DNA of 64,000 nucleotides from Anaerolineaceae bacterium (GTDB lineage: Bacteria > Chloroflexota > Anaerolineae > Aggregatilineales > Phototrophicaceae), in contig JACKCH010000011.1 in the NCBI GenBank assembly GCA_020634115.1, positions 667,945 to 731,944 on the forward strand, written 5' to 3'. Position numbers and translations under genes: made by a program. This document shows positions 29,445 to 39,743 of the stretch, in pieces. The notes under the pieces are model-generated. The model worked only from the letters and a program-made list of their open reading frames with translations, had not been told where the DNA came from and made no database searches. The stretch's first letter is position 1, and each line of letters starts with the position of its first letter.

Positions 29445-29549
29445 CTCTTCCCTCCCTTTCCTCTCTCGGAGTTAAGGATAAGGGGCATACTCAGAGATTG
29501 ACCAGTTACAACCGGCTTGATTTCTTATGACAGGTGACACTTGGTCGTT

Positions 29550-30935
29550 TTAGCCATCCGCCAGGATTTGGTCTACAGCGGCGGCCAGTTCCCGCAGGTT
29601 GCTGACTTTATGCACACCATCGGCAAAACGGGCGTAATGGTGCATGTCACTGTCGCCAGTTCCCCATTGGACCATTGGCTCCGGGCAGAACCACAGCAGC
29701 CGCCGCGCCCGCATCTGAATATCCTCGGTAATATCCAGGCGCGGGTTATTGAAGTTATTGCGCCCGTCCCCCAGAATCACCACTGTCGTTTTGCTCGTCA
29801 CCGTGCCGAAATGGTCACGCCTGAAGGTGTTCAGACTGTTGCCCAGGTCGGTGTTATAGTAGCCGGGGCGATTCTGATACAGGACTTCGCTCACCGCTTC
29901 CTGGGGCTGCTTCTCCTTAAAAACCATGCTGATATCGGTCAGGTCATCAATGAAGATATAACTGTGCGTCTGCGCGACCTGGTCTTGCAGTTCGTAGATC
30001 AGCGTGAGCAGAAACTCGGCACAGTAGCGCATGGACGTACTCACGTCGCAGATCAGCACCAGGCGCGGTTTGACATGGCGCGTATGGAATTTGAGTTCCA
30101 CCGGCACGCCGCCGTACCGCATGTTCGCCCGCATCATCCGGCGCGGGTCAATCTGCCCGGCACGCGCCCGCCGCTGCCGCAGTGATGCACGGCTGCGCAA
30201 CCGTGCGGCTAACCGGCGGATTTCGTCGCGGATGGCCTCGACTTCCCGCTGCCCTAACTGAGTGAAGGGGACATCCAGCAAATCCGGTTTTGGTTCCGGT
30301 TCGCGGCTTGCCATTTGTTCGGCCAGCGACGCGCCCACATAATCAGCAATCTGATCGGTCAAGCCCTGGGCGTTTTCCTGCAACATCTGGCGGAGCTGTT
30401 CCAATGCTGCTTCGCTCATGCCCATCTGTTGCAGCATGTCGAGCAGTTCATCCAGCAGTTTCTGAAGCTGTTGCAGGCCCGCCTGCCGCTTCATCCGGCG
30501 CTCGAACCACTGGCGCTGGTACATCTCGTTTCCCTGCTGCAACCCGGACTGCCGCCCCATCTGTTCCAGTTGGTCACTATTGAAGGGCTTGCCTTCCAAC
30601 AGTTGGTTCATCAGGTCGCGCAGGGCTTGCAAGTCGCCCATCAGGGAACGCAGCGCGTCTTCCAGCATTTGCTGTTCCTGCGGGGAAAGATCACCGGGGA
30701 TGTTTTCGTTCATGGGGGGCGAACCAGAGCCGAAAAACAGCGGGAAGAAATAGTCAAACACGCCCTGGTCGCGGCTTTCCTTTACGAGCGTCGCTCGCAG
30801 CGCCGCCCGAAACTGTTCCCGGTTGCTGACCCCCACCGTCTCGACGCCGTACATGGCGTCCTGGCTTTCCGCCAGTGAGATGCGCACCCCGGCGGCTCGC
30901 AGCGCCCGAATAAACGTCACCATTCGCTTGTCCAT
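29550..30935 (-). CDS. VWA-domain CoxE-like protein
   Basis: MVTFIRALRAAGVRISLAESQDA...VILGDGRNN pattern. Confidence 0.7.
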   Translation of the reverse strand: MDKRMVTFIRALRAAGVRISLAESQDAMYGVETVGVSNREQFRAALRATLVKESRDQGVFDYFFPLFFGSGSPPMNENIPGDLSPQEQQMLEDALRSLMGDLQALRDLMNQLLEGKPFNSDQLEQMGRQSGLQQGNEMYQRQWFERRMKRQAGLQQLQKLLDELLDMLQQMGMSEAALEQLRQMLQENAQGLTDQIADYVGASLAEQMASREPEPKPDLLDVPFTQLGQREVEAIRDEIRRLAARLRSRASLRQRRARAGQIDPRRMMRANMRYGGVPVELKFHTRHVKPRLVLICDVSTSMRYCAEFLLTLIYELQDQVAQTHSYIFIDDLTDISMVFKEKQPQEAVSEVLYQNRPGYYNTDLGNSLNTFRRDHFGTVTSKTTVVILGDGRNNFNNPRLDITEDIQMRARRLLWFCPEPMVQWGTGDSDMHHYARFADGVHKVSNLRELAAAVDQILADG

Positions 30936-31264
30936 ACCGTTACTCCTCGTCGCTCCCAGTACACTCTCAGTCGTCAGTGTTCAGTTGTCAGGAAAAAATA
31001 GCTGGATAGGGCTATATCCGGTAGGTTTCTCAAGAACAGGCGTAGGGACGGCATTTTTGCCGTCCGCTGGACAGGCAGTAGCCAGAAAAACAGCCCATAT
31101 TGTGGTTATTTGTACCGCTAAACCGGGCAAATCACAACCGGGCGGAGGTTGCGAACCCAGCAGACCCTGACCCTACCTGCCTGTTGCCTCTTCCAGGGTC
31201 TAAACAAAATAGCCAGCTAGCACTGAGGCTAACTGGCTATACGATGGGTGATCCAGTTAAACGG

Positions 31265-32737
31265 CTATGCGTCCTCTTCCGGCAGGGTTGTGGCTGCGTC
31301 ATCAGCGTTTTTGAGGGCATTGAACAGGTCGGCAACCCGGTCAACCGTGCGGGCGAAATCCTCGCCACTGAGGGCTTCGACTTTGGTGCGGAACATTTCA
31401 GCCACTTCGGGGATATTCATAATCATATCCATGAAGGTGTTGCCCGTCCCGCCGTTTTGACCATTGCCGCCAAACTGCACCACACGTACATTGTTGCCCA
31501 ACCCCGACAGTGCTGTTGAGATAGCTTCCGCTTTGGCGATGTCGGCTTTCAGAACCTCCGCAATGATGAACTGGCGCAGGTTGATAGACCCTTCAGCGGC
31601 GGTGGCGGCGGCGAGTTCACGGCGGCCTTCAGCCTCGGCCAGTAGTTGGGCGCGGACGCTCTCAGCCTGGGCGATCTGACCTTCCGCCTCAGCTTTTTTC
31701 ATCGCTTCCAGCGCCTTGGCATCCGCCAGACCCTTTTTCTCGGTGGCTTCGGCAGCAGCCTGCGCCTGTTTACGGGTGGCCTGCGCCTGGGCATCCGCCG
31801 TAATGGTAACTCGATTCCGTTCGGCCTCAGCCTCAATCTCGATCCGACGCCGATCCGCCTCAGCGCGAATCTCTACCGCCTGCCGGTTGGCCCGCGCCGG
31901 AACCAGCACTTCGGCTTCCTGCTGCTGTTCCACCGCCAGGGCGCGGCGCTGCTGTACTTCCTGGTCAGATGAGGCTTTTTCCATGTCAACGCGCTTGTTG
32001 ACTTCCACTTCACGCAGTTGGAACGCCTCGCGCTGCGCCAGGATTTCGCGCTCTGCATCGAGTTCGGCCTGCTCCGCTTCACGCCGGGCAACCGCCGCCT
32101 TGACACGCGCTTCTCGTTCCGCCTCGGCCTGGGCAATCGCGGCATCTCGCTTTACGGCGGCAATCTGCGGAGCGGCCATCGCCTGCAAATACCCTTCGTT
32201 ATCGGTAATCTCCTCAATACCCATCGAGATCACGCGCACGCCCATCGCGGCCACATCGTCCGACGCCAAATCCTGGACGCGCTGCACAAAATCGTCACGG
32301 TCACGATGGATCGCTTCGACCGACATCTGGCCGACAATCGCCCGGAAATTGGCGCTGAGGGTTTCTTCAATCACGCGCCGCACTTCCTCGCGGCTCTTAT
32401 CCAGGAAAGCACGGGCAGCAGTTTGCAACGCGGCTTCATCCCGGTCAATCTGCACTTGGGCGACCCAGTCGAGCTGAATCGGAACACCACTGACGGTATA
32501 TACCTCATCCTTTTCCGTCTTGATGGTCATAATCGTGAGGTCAAGCACCTTGAAACTTTCCAGGATGGGAACCACAAACACGCCGCCGTTGGTAATCATG
32601 CGCGGTTGCTTGCGCCCGAAGACGACCATCACCTGGTTCGGCGGTACGCGATGGTAATAGCGGGTCAGCCAGGAAATAAGGGCGATAACCAGTAAGAGGA
32701 TGACGCCGGGAATGATGATGATCGCTAGATTGTCCAT
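31265..32737 (-). CDS. flotillin / SPFH (band-7) domain protein
   Basis: N-terminal transmembrane helix, SPFH domain, long Ala/Glu-rich coiled-coil. Confidence 0.8.
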   Translation of the reverse strand: MDNLAIIIIPGVILLLVIALISWLTRYYHRVPPNQVMVVFGRKQPRMITNGGVFVVPILESFKVLDLTIMTIKTEKDEVYTVSGVPIQLDWVAQVQIDRDEAALQTAARAFLDKSREEVRRVIEETLSANFRAIVGQMSVEAIHRDRDDFVQRVQDLASDDVAAMGVRVISMGIEEITDNEGYLQAMAAPQIAAVKRDAAIAQAEAEREARVKAAVARREAEQAELDAEREILAQREAFQLREVEVNKRVDMEKASSDQEVQQRRALAVEQQQEAEVLVPARANRQAVEIRAEADRRRIEIEAEAERNRVTITADAQAQATRKQAQAAAEATEKKGLADAKALEAMKKAEAEGQIAQAESVRAQLLAEAEGRRELAAATAAEGSINLRQFIIAEVLKADIAKAEAISTALSGLGNNVRVVQFGGNGQNGGTGNTFMDMIMNIPEVAEMFRTKVEALSGEDFARTVDRVADLFNALKNADDAATTLPEEDA

Positions 32738-32836
32738 GTTCTTCTACCTTTTCGCATACTCGCTAATCGGTCATACATAATGTATGATTTTTAATAAATC
32801 CGGGCGTGAAGCCCCGAAATAGCAAAGCCGCACTAT

Positions 32837-33397
32837 TCACCCGGTCAATTTTCTGACTTGCAGGAAGCGGCCTTCCACACCCACAATTTCAACTATATCA
32901 CCCCGGTGGAGCGGTTGGTTATCCGCTTCTTTCACCGGATACTTGGTCACTTCGCCATATTCCAGCATGATTTCGCCGGTTGTACCGGGTGCGCTATCAA
33001 TCGTGACGCGCCCGCTTTGCCCAATCAGATCGCGTGATGAAAAATGCACGCTTTCAGACTGTTGGCGGTATAAAAACCGCATCGCGACCACCGTCAACCG
33101 CGCCAGCACGAAACCGAATACCAGCGCCGCTAACAGACTTTCGAGAAAACTCCAGCCCGTCAATGATGCGGTCAGCCCAACCGCCCCAGCCCCGGCCAGA
33201 AATGCCGCAATCACACTGCATCCCAGACCACTGGCTTCGGCGGCATCACCGACCTCAAAACCGAATAAGGCATCCAGCCCCAGGCTGTCAAGCACACCAT
33301 CCACGCCAAAATCTGTCATCTCGCCAATGCCACCGAGGATCATCAGCAAAAGATAACCGATGCCAAAGACAAGCATCCCACCAAAAACGAGTTCCAT
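32837..33397 (-). CDS. NfeD-family membrane protein (short form, OB-fold C-terminus)
   Basis: Transmembrane N-terminal half plus C-terminal beta domain. Classic nfeD-flotillin gene pair. Confidence 0.7.
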   Translation of the reverse strand: MELVFGGMLVFGIGYLLLMILGGIGEMTDFGVDGVLDSLGLDALFGFEVGDAAEASGLGCSVIAAFLAGAGAVGLTASLTGWSFLESLLAALVFGFVLARLTVVAMRFLYRQQSESVHFSSRDLIGQSGRVTIDSAPGTTGEIMLEYGEVTKYPVKEADNQPLHRGDIVEIVGVEGRFLQVRKLTG

Positions 33398-33704
33398 GAT
33401 GCTTTACACCTGCCAGCGTATCCGTATATAGAGCTAGATAGCCCCATATTTCACCTCATTATAATCGAGAAATTAAAACCGTACTCACCTATTAATTGGG
33501 GGACAGTAAAGAAAGGGTTTGACTCCAGAAAGACTGGGGTGGGCGGCATTTAGCTATGCGAGGAAAAGCTATCTACTCACCTCGCCAAACAGGGCAAATC
33601 ACAACTGGGCAGGGTGGGTATATTGGTGTGGCACTATACCATCCTTCCGGCCCTGCGCTAGAATGCGAGATACACAATCAGACACAGAAAAAGAGAGGGA
33701 CACT

Positions 33705-34340
33705 ATGGTGGATAGCGCGACACTAATGGTATTTATGGCGGCTGCCCTGGCACTGCTGCTGGTGCCCGGCCCGGCGGTGCTGTATATCGTGGCTCGCAGT
33801 ATTGACCAGGGGCGGGCTGCCGGGATTGTTTCCGCGTTTGGTGTGGGAATTGGCACCCTGTTTCATGTGGCGGCGGCTGCGGCGGGACTGTCCGCGCTGC
33901 TGGTATCCAGTGCCCTGGCCTTCAGCATCGTGAAGTACCTGGGCGCAGCCTACCTTATCTACCTGGGCATCCAGAAACTGCGGGAACGTTCACTACCCGA
34001 ACAAGTTGAACAACCCCAGTCCGCTACCTTGCGCCAGGTTTTTTCCCAGGGCGTGGTGGTCAACCTGCTCAACCCCAAACTCGCCCTGTTTTTTTTCGCG
34101 TTTTTGCCCCAGTTCGTCAGCCCTGCCAGGGGATCGGTGGCGGTTCAAAGTCTGCTACTCGGCTTGCTGTTCGTCGGGCTGGGCATCGTCAGTGACAGCG
34201 TTTATGCGGTGCTAGCCGGCACCCTGCGCCATTGGCTGCGCAGCAGCCGGGCATTTTTACGCGGCCAACGCTATTTTTCCGGTGGGATCTATATCATCCT
34301 GGGGTTGGTGACGGCGCTTTCCGGGTCACACGAGTCATGA
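33705..34340 (+). CDS. LysE/RhtB family amino-acid efflux transporter
   Basis: GAGAGGGA ribosome-binding site. LLVPGPAVLYIV motif. Confidence 0.7.
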   Translation: MVDSATLMVFMAAALALLLVPGPAVLYIVARSIDQGRAAGIVSAFGVGIGTLFHVAAAAAGLSALLVSSALAFSIVKYLGAAYLIYLGIQKLRERSLPEQVEQPQSATLRQVFSQGVVVNLLNPKLALFFFAFLPQFVSPARGSVAVQSLLLGLLFVGLGIVSDSVYAVLAGTLRHWLRSSRAFLRGQRYFSGGIYIILGLVTALSGSHES

Positions 34341-35156
34341 TCTGATCGTGACTGCTCCCGCTTCACGAATAACCGCCAGCATCTGGTCGTGGATCAGGCC
34401 GTTGCTGGCGAGTACCTGCTTGCCGCTCATCAGGGTGTCACCCTCGCCGCCGCTGTAATCCGTCACCCGGCCACCGGCTTCCAGCACGCACAACATCCCA
34501 GCCAGGAAATCCCAGCGGTTCATCTTGCCTTCCCAGTAACCGTCAAACCGCCCCGACGCGACATAACACATATCGAGCGCCGCCGACCCTAACCGCCGCA
34601 GCCCGCGTGACCGCACCAGGAACGCACCCCAGCGATTGAGGTTGTTATCCGGATCAGTCGCCTTGTCGTAAGGGAAGCCCGACCCTAACAGACTGGCCTG
34701 CAAAGTCGGTTTGGTCGAAACCTGCAGCGGCCTACCGTTGAGGGTCGCGCCCCCGCCGCGCACGGCGCTGAACATCTCGTCAGCCACCGGGTTATACACC
34801 ACGCCCACCAGTGGATGAGCGTCACGCCCGGCCAGCGCCATACTGACGCTGAAAATCGGGAGATTATTGGCGTAGTTGGTCGTTCCGTCCAGCGGGTCTA
34901 CATACCAGAAGTAGTCGGCGGTCTCTGCCGGAGCGCCCATGCCACCGCCTTCTTCGCCGACGATGTGATGATCGGGGAACGCTTCGCGTAGCGCCGCGAC
35001 GATCACCGCTTCAGCGGCGGTATCGGCCTCCGTGACCATATCTATATTGGTCATTTTGGTGTTTTCCTGGTGGGGCTGGTCAAAGTAGTGCAGCAGGATC
35101 GCGCCTGCCTGCCGGGCAATTGCTTCAGTGGTTTCCTGTATCAGTTTGAGTTGCAT
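34335..35156 (-). CDS. inositol monophosphatase family protein (SuhB-like)
   Basis: WYVDPLDGTTNY motif. Confidence 0.75.
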   Translation of the reverse strand: MQLKLIQETTEAIARQAGAILLHYFDQPHQENTKMTNIDMVTEADTAAEAVIVAALREAFPDHHIVGEEGGGMGAPAETADYFWYVDPLDGTTNYANNLPIFSVSMALAGRDAHPLVGVVYNPVADEMFSAVRGGGATLNGRPLQVSTKPTLQASLLGSGFPYDKATDPDNNLNRWGAFLVRSRGLRRLGSAALDMCYVASGRFDGYWEGKMNRWDFLAGMLCVLEAGGRVTDYSGGEGDTLMSGKQVLASNGLIHDQMLAVIREAGAVTIRS

Positions 35157-35284
35157 GGTGAGCCTTTGAATTATCCATAAAGCCCCTTTAAGTTTGACCT
35201 CATTCCAACTCGCTCTAATTTGGAGAGGGGAAAATGGTCGCAGCGACCAGAGGTGAGGTTAGGGGCGTCAATTTACGGATAGAT

Positions 35285-35315
35285 ACTAAAACAAAGGCCT
35301 ATCTGATGATAGGCC
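35285..35315 (-). terminator. Rho-independent terminator of the cold-shock gene
   Basis: ggcctatc-tgat-gataggcc hairpin followed on the minus strand by TTTGTTTT. Confidence 0.6.
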
Positions 35316-35346
35316 CGAATAAGCATTATCAAAATAATGCAAAGAA

Positions 35347-35559
35347 CTAGGTGCGGATGACGTTACTCGCTTGCTTACCCTTCGCACCTTCCACGACTTC
35401 AAACTCAACCAGAGTGCCTTCTTCCAGCAAGCGATAGCCGGTACCCTGGATAGCTGAGTAATGAACGAAAATATCCGGTGCGCCATTTTCTGGGGTAATG
35501 AAGCCATAACCCTTTTCGGCACTAAACCACTTCACTGTACCCCGAATCCGTTCAGACAT
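35347..35559 (-). CDS. cspA: cold-shock protein (CspA family)
   Basis: [15 protein letters not shown] / VHYSAI RNP motifs. 70 aa. Confidence 0.85.
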   Translation of the reverse strand: MSERIRGTVKWFSAEKGYGFITPENGAPDIFVHYSAIQGTGYRLLEEGTLVEFEVVEGAKGKQASNVIRT

Positions 35560-36139
35560 GCCTGGAACTCCTAAAAAAACAATTGTAATGACGATCTAGC
35601 CCACAGCCTGTTTCTGTTGATTCACCGCTTGCAGGGGGAGGATCTGTTATTCAAACAACATGACCATAGGGCTATGTTGAACAGTGTAGTAGATTTTTAT
35701 GAAAAATGTCAAGGAAATTATGGGAGTCTTTATTCATCCGGCCTTCTGGGCGCAGTAGTACGGGTGGCTTTGCCAACCTTGCGCCTTTGTGACCTCTGCT
35801 GAATGGGATTGGTGCGCATTGACCTGCTCATCGCAGGAAAGCACGCTTTCTAACTCAAATCGTTTCAACTTCAGTTGAACAAGTCGCAGCCAATCGGAAT
35901 TCGTGTTGCGGGTGGCAGGAGACATGCTGACCCTTCTTTCCACTAGCCAATCGTTGAGTGAGTTGTTCTACTTTCGGTACGTTTTTGAGGTGGAATCAGT
36001 GACACATCCGACATTTTTTCGATGTATTTAATTATAGAACAAAGTTTCGCAAATTGCAAGGGTTTTTCGCCTGAAAATGGACCAAAAAGAGGTGAAAAAA
36101 CACGGGGTTTTGCAGGTCCGGAAAGAGGGTCAATGTTGT

Positions 36140-36249
36140 GCTCTGGCACGCTGCTGAGGGCATACAGGAAGGCCATCCTGATACCACCAATCGCGCCATG
36201 CCCAACCAACCGGAAGTGATCGTCAAAGCTGTTGCTCAATGCCTAGCGG
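36140..36249 (-). pseudogene. remnant of the C-terminal end of an S33 alpha/beta-hydrolase paralogue
   Basis: About 80% nucleotide identity to 37776-37841. Encodes SNSFDDHFRLVGHGAIGG versus SNSFDFHFPLVGHGVIDGG in the intact gene 37629-39596. Confidence 0.55.
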
Positions 36250-36368
36250 ACGGATCTACTATGCAGAGGTGAGTCGTAGCCTAATGTATATTCGATTTAT
36301 ATCGTTTTTAGTTGCTGGAAAGGCTAATGAGGCAACATAGGAATTAGGATCGCAATTGTATAAGGGAT

Positions 36369-37559
36369 GTGATCGTGTCCGCTTCCTCTGTGATCTTCCA
36401 GGCCAACGTTTCCACCGTACAGTCGAAAACGAATTCACGTTTTGTAGTGCTGGATATGCTGCGGGGCATTGCCATGCTGTTGATGGCGCTTGACCACGCC
36501 GCTTATTTTTCTCGGAGCGGGATTGCTGCAGAAAGTTATGACTGCATCAAACCGGAGTTGGAGTCCTGGCCGCATATCCTCTCAGGCATACTCACGAACA
36601 TCGCCACGCCTATTTTTTACGTCCTGGCTGGGTCCAGTGTGGCGTTCTTTGAGGCCAGTCGCCGCAACCGGGGCTGGACAGAGTGGCAGATCACCCGCTT
36701 TTTGCTGGTTCGTGCCGTCGTCTTATTCCTGCTGGATGCCCTGCTCGTCGTGGGGGTTTACCAGTCCCCCCCCACCTTGAGCGTGCTTTCAGCGGTGGGC
36801 GTAGCGCTGGTGATGCTGGCATTTCTCCGGCGGCTCCCGGTGTGGGTTGTCACACTGGTCGGATTCATCCTGATCGTTGTAGTGTTTCCGACGGGATTGT
36901 ACCTGATGGCCGGGATCGTTCAGGAAATGGGTCTGGCCGAGTTCAGCACGCAATATCCGCTCCTGAAACTGCTTTTCCTGCAAAATACGAGTGTTTTCCC
37001 TCCTGTTCAGTACCCGATACTAGGATGGCCGCCATTGGGGTTAGTGGGATATGTTTTCGGGCGGCTGCTCATCAACCGTAAAATCACATTGTCTTTCAAA
37101 ATCGGTTGGTTGGGCGTTGCCGGGCTGGGGATATGGTTCATCCTGCGGTTAGTAAGAGGCTATGGCAACTTCCTGCCGTATCAATCGGATTGGGAACCCG
37201 TGTACTTCATCATCCAGAACAAACAGCCGCCGTCCCTGGTCTACATCCTGTTTTACTTATCCCTGGCACTCCTTATTCTGGCTGCGCTTCTTAGATTCCA
37301 ACGATTGATCCTGCCAACGGTGATCGGCCACATACTGACGGTATTCGGGCAAACCGCCCTGTTCTTTTATGCGGCTCACCTTCTGATTTACGGCCTGATT
37401 ATTCCCCGCATCTTACCGTCGCAAACGGTATTCGTCGGGAGGGGACTGATACGCTGCTACCTGGCTTTCGTGCTGGGGATTCTCATCCTGTATCCGCTGT
37501 GTATCGGCTATCGCAAATTGAAGCGAACCCATCCCAACAGTGTGCTGCGGTTTCTGTAA
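36369..37559 (+). CDS. integral membrane acyltransferase-like protein (DUF1624 / heparan-alpha-glucosaminide N-acetyltransferase-like)
   Basis: LDMLRGIAMLLMALDHAAYF N-terminal motif. About 10 transmembrane helices. Confidence 0.5.
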   Translation: MIVSASSVIFQANVSTVQSKTNSRFVVLDMLRGIAMLLMALDHAAYFSRSGIAAESYDCIKPELESWPHILSGILTNIATPIFYVLAGSSVAFFEASRRNRGWTEWQITRFLLVRAVVLFLLDALLVVGVYQSPPTLSVLSAVGVALVMLAFLRRLPVWVVTLVGFILIVVVFPTGLYLMAGIVQEMGLAEFSTQYPLLKLLFLQNTSVFPPVQYPILGWPPLGLVGYVFGRLLINRKITLSFKIGWLGVAGLGIWFILRLVRGYGNFLPYQSDWEPVYFIIQNKQPPSLVYILFYLSLALLILAALLRFQRLILPTVIGHILTVFGQTALFFYAAHLLIYGLIIPRILPSQTVFVGRGLIRCYLAFVLGILILYPLCIGYRKLKRTHPNSVLRFL

Positions 37560-37628
37560 ATGCAAAACGGGCTAATCAGGCAAGATTAGCCCGCCGCATG
37601 TTCAGCTTCGATACGCTGTTCTACATCT

Positions 37629-39596
37629 TTATGGCACGTAAAACTGATCGTTCATCCCCGCAATACAGGATGTATCCGGCTCGCTGTAGGGGTCAGCCAG
37701 GAACGCCAGACCGATAGATATGGGGCAGCTGCCGCCATCAATCACGCCATGCCCCACCAGCGGGAAGTGAAAGTCAAAGCTATTGCTCAGCGTCTCAGCG
37801 GCCAGGTCAGCCCACCAGGGCGGAGTGGCTGTATCGTACTGCGCGGCCAACACCAGAGTCGGGATGTCGCTCACTACCGGCTCGTCCTCAATCGCGTCAG
37901 CGGTTCCGGCAGGCCACACATCGCAACTGTCAAACTCGCTCTGGCTGACGGCAAAAGTCGCCTGCCGCACAATATCGGGCATATCCACCGCTTCGGCGCG
38001 GGCGGACGCCTCATCCAGCGTCATGAACGGCATTTCCTCGTTGCACTGGACGCTCATATTCATGCCTTCGCTGTCGTCGTCAATATCCGGCGGCTCCACG
38101 CTGCCAACCGCCCCGATGCTGCCGCCAAGCTGGACGAATCCGGTAGCAACCTGATCGGCTTCCTCGGCTGAAAGATCAAACATACCGCTGAGATAGTCGG
38201 CGATTCCCGCCGTGTCATTCTGCGCGGCCATATCCTGAATTTGCGCCAGTTCATCGGCGCTCAGTTCCACCGCCAGTTCCTGCGCCAGACTCGTGCCGTC
38301 TGTGCTGGTTCCTGCGCCGTTGGTCGCCAGATCCATGTAGGTGTCGTAGTCGCCGGACGCGAACGCATCCAGCGAGGCGGGGATGGCACTCACCAGGGCG
38401 GTATCTTTTAACTGGTTAACCAGCGTGTTGATGACATCTTCGGGGTAAAGATCAACCGTTTCCCCATCGGCGTTCGTCACCTGTGGCGGGTTATCGGCGA
38501 TAGCGTCCAGCTGGTCATAAAAACGCGCTTCCAGGTCGGGGAAAGCCCCCGCGCAGTCCGGTTGGGCGGCGCAATCCGCGAACATCATGCTGATAAGCTG
38601 GTACGTATCGGTGGTGACGTTGTAATTCGTATCAATATTGGGGGGATACACGCTGTCAATCACCACCGCCCGGATTCCCTGAGGCTGGTCGCGCATGACG
38701 GTCAGCGCGAGGCGTGTGCCGTAGCTGATGCCATACAGGTTGATCTGGTCGTAGCCCAATGCCAGCCGCAGCGCCTCGACATCCGCCGCGTTTTCACGGC
38801 TGTTATAGGCGGTCAGGTCAACGCCTTCGGCAAGCAGCCGATCCCGGCAGGCCTCAACCGCATCCGTTGAGTCGTCCGTGTCCATTTCCGGGCAGTTGAG
38901 CGACGGTTCGCTGAAACCCGTGCCGCGCTGGTCGAACACCACAATGTCGCGCTCTTCGCCATACGGTGAGTTGAACCAGCTATCCACCCCGGCCAATGCG
39001 CTGCCACCAGGACCACCTTCCAGGTAGAAGATCGGGTCGGGCAACGGGTTCCCGCTGCGGGCATCAATCACGGCGACGGCGAGTTGGATGGTTGCGCCGT
39101 TGTCCGTCTGCCGGTTTTCCGGGACGGTCAGCGTGCCGCACGTGACCCGCACGCCGGACGGGACTTCAAAGGGGCAATCCGTCTCTGCAAAGTCGCCCGC
39201 CTCAACCGTGCTGGCGGCCATGTTGGAAGTCGTCTGGTTGGTCGGCGTAGTTGCGCCGGACATCTCGCCCCCGCTGACGACGATCAGTTCGCCGGATGCC
39301 TCCGTAGCCGACTCGACACCGACGTAAATTACGCCGTCATCCTGGGCTACAAAGTCCGCTAACGAGTCGCCTTCGTACAGGTCTTCGGAGTCGGTGTAGA
39401 CATAAAAGTACACGTCTTCGCCGCCCGTTACGGTGGCTTCCAGCGTGTCGCCTGCGGCCATATCGACTTCAACTTCAGCATAATACGAATCGTTATTGGA
39501 ATCGTATTCAAAACTCAACGCATAGACATTGTCCTGCGCTGCGACTTGAATAACGCCAAGCAACACAAACACTATCGCTAACCACACTCGACGCAT
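37629..39596 (-). CDS. secreted alpha/beta-hydrolase, peptidase S33 (prolyl / tripeptidyl aminopeptidase) family with an N-terminal extra domain
   Basis: GGAGAA ribosome-binding site. Signal peptide MRRVWLAIVFVLLGVIQVAAQD. FYLEGGPGGS, DQRGTGFS and GISYGT nucleophile elbow. Confidence 0.7.
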   Translation of the reverse strand: MRRVWLAIVFVLLGVIQVAAQDNVYALSFEYDSNNDSYYAEVEVDMAAGDTLEATVTGGEDVYFYVYTDSEDLYEGDSLADFVAQDDGVIYVGVESATEASGELIVVSGGEMSGATTPTNQTTSNMAASTVEAGDFAETDCPFEVPSGVRVTCGTLTVPENRQTDNGATIQLAVAVIDARSGNPLPDPIFYLEGGPGGSALAGVDSWFNSPYGEERDIVVFDQRGTGFSEPSLNCPEMDTDDSTDAVEACRDRLLAEGVDLTAYNSRENAADVEALRLALGYDQINLYGISYGTRLALTVMRDQPQGIRAVVIDSVYPPNIDTNYNVTTDTYQLISMMFADCAAQPDCAGAFPDLEARFYDQLDAIADNPPQVTNADGETVDLYPEDVINTLVNQLKDTALVSAIPASLDAFASGDYDTYMDLATNGAGTSTDGTSLAQELAVELSADELAQIQDMAAQNDTAGIADYLSGMFDLSAEEADQVATGFVQLGGSIGAVGSVEPPDIDDDSEGMNMSVQCNEEMPFMTLDEASARAEAVDMPDIVRQATFAVSQSEFDSCDVWPAGTADAIEDEPVVSDIPTLVLAAQYDTATPPWWADLAAETLSNSFDFHFPLVGHGVIDGGSCPISIGLAFLADPYSEPDTSCIAGMNDQFYVP

Positions 39597-39743
39597 CGTT
39601 ATTATTCTCCTGTTGCTGAGACCAAGCGGTATGCTCATTATGGCAGGGTTTTGATAGCGGGCAAATTAGGGGGCATGATATTTCTGGCGTCCACTGGAAA
39701 CGGTGTTCATCTCGCCGAGTGAACGCCAGTTGATGACAACGCT

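Noticed and set aside
31716-32477. 253-aa plus-strand ORF antisense to flotillin.
   Set aside because: The Ala/Ser/Arg-rich translation mirrors the Ala/Glu-rich coiled-coil of flotillin on the other strand. It is spurious.
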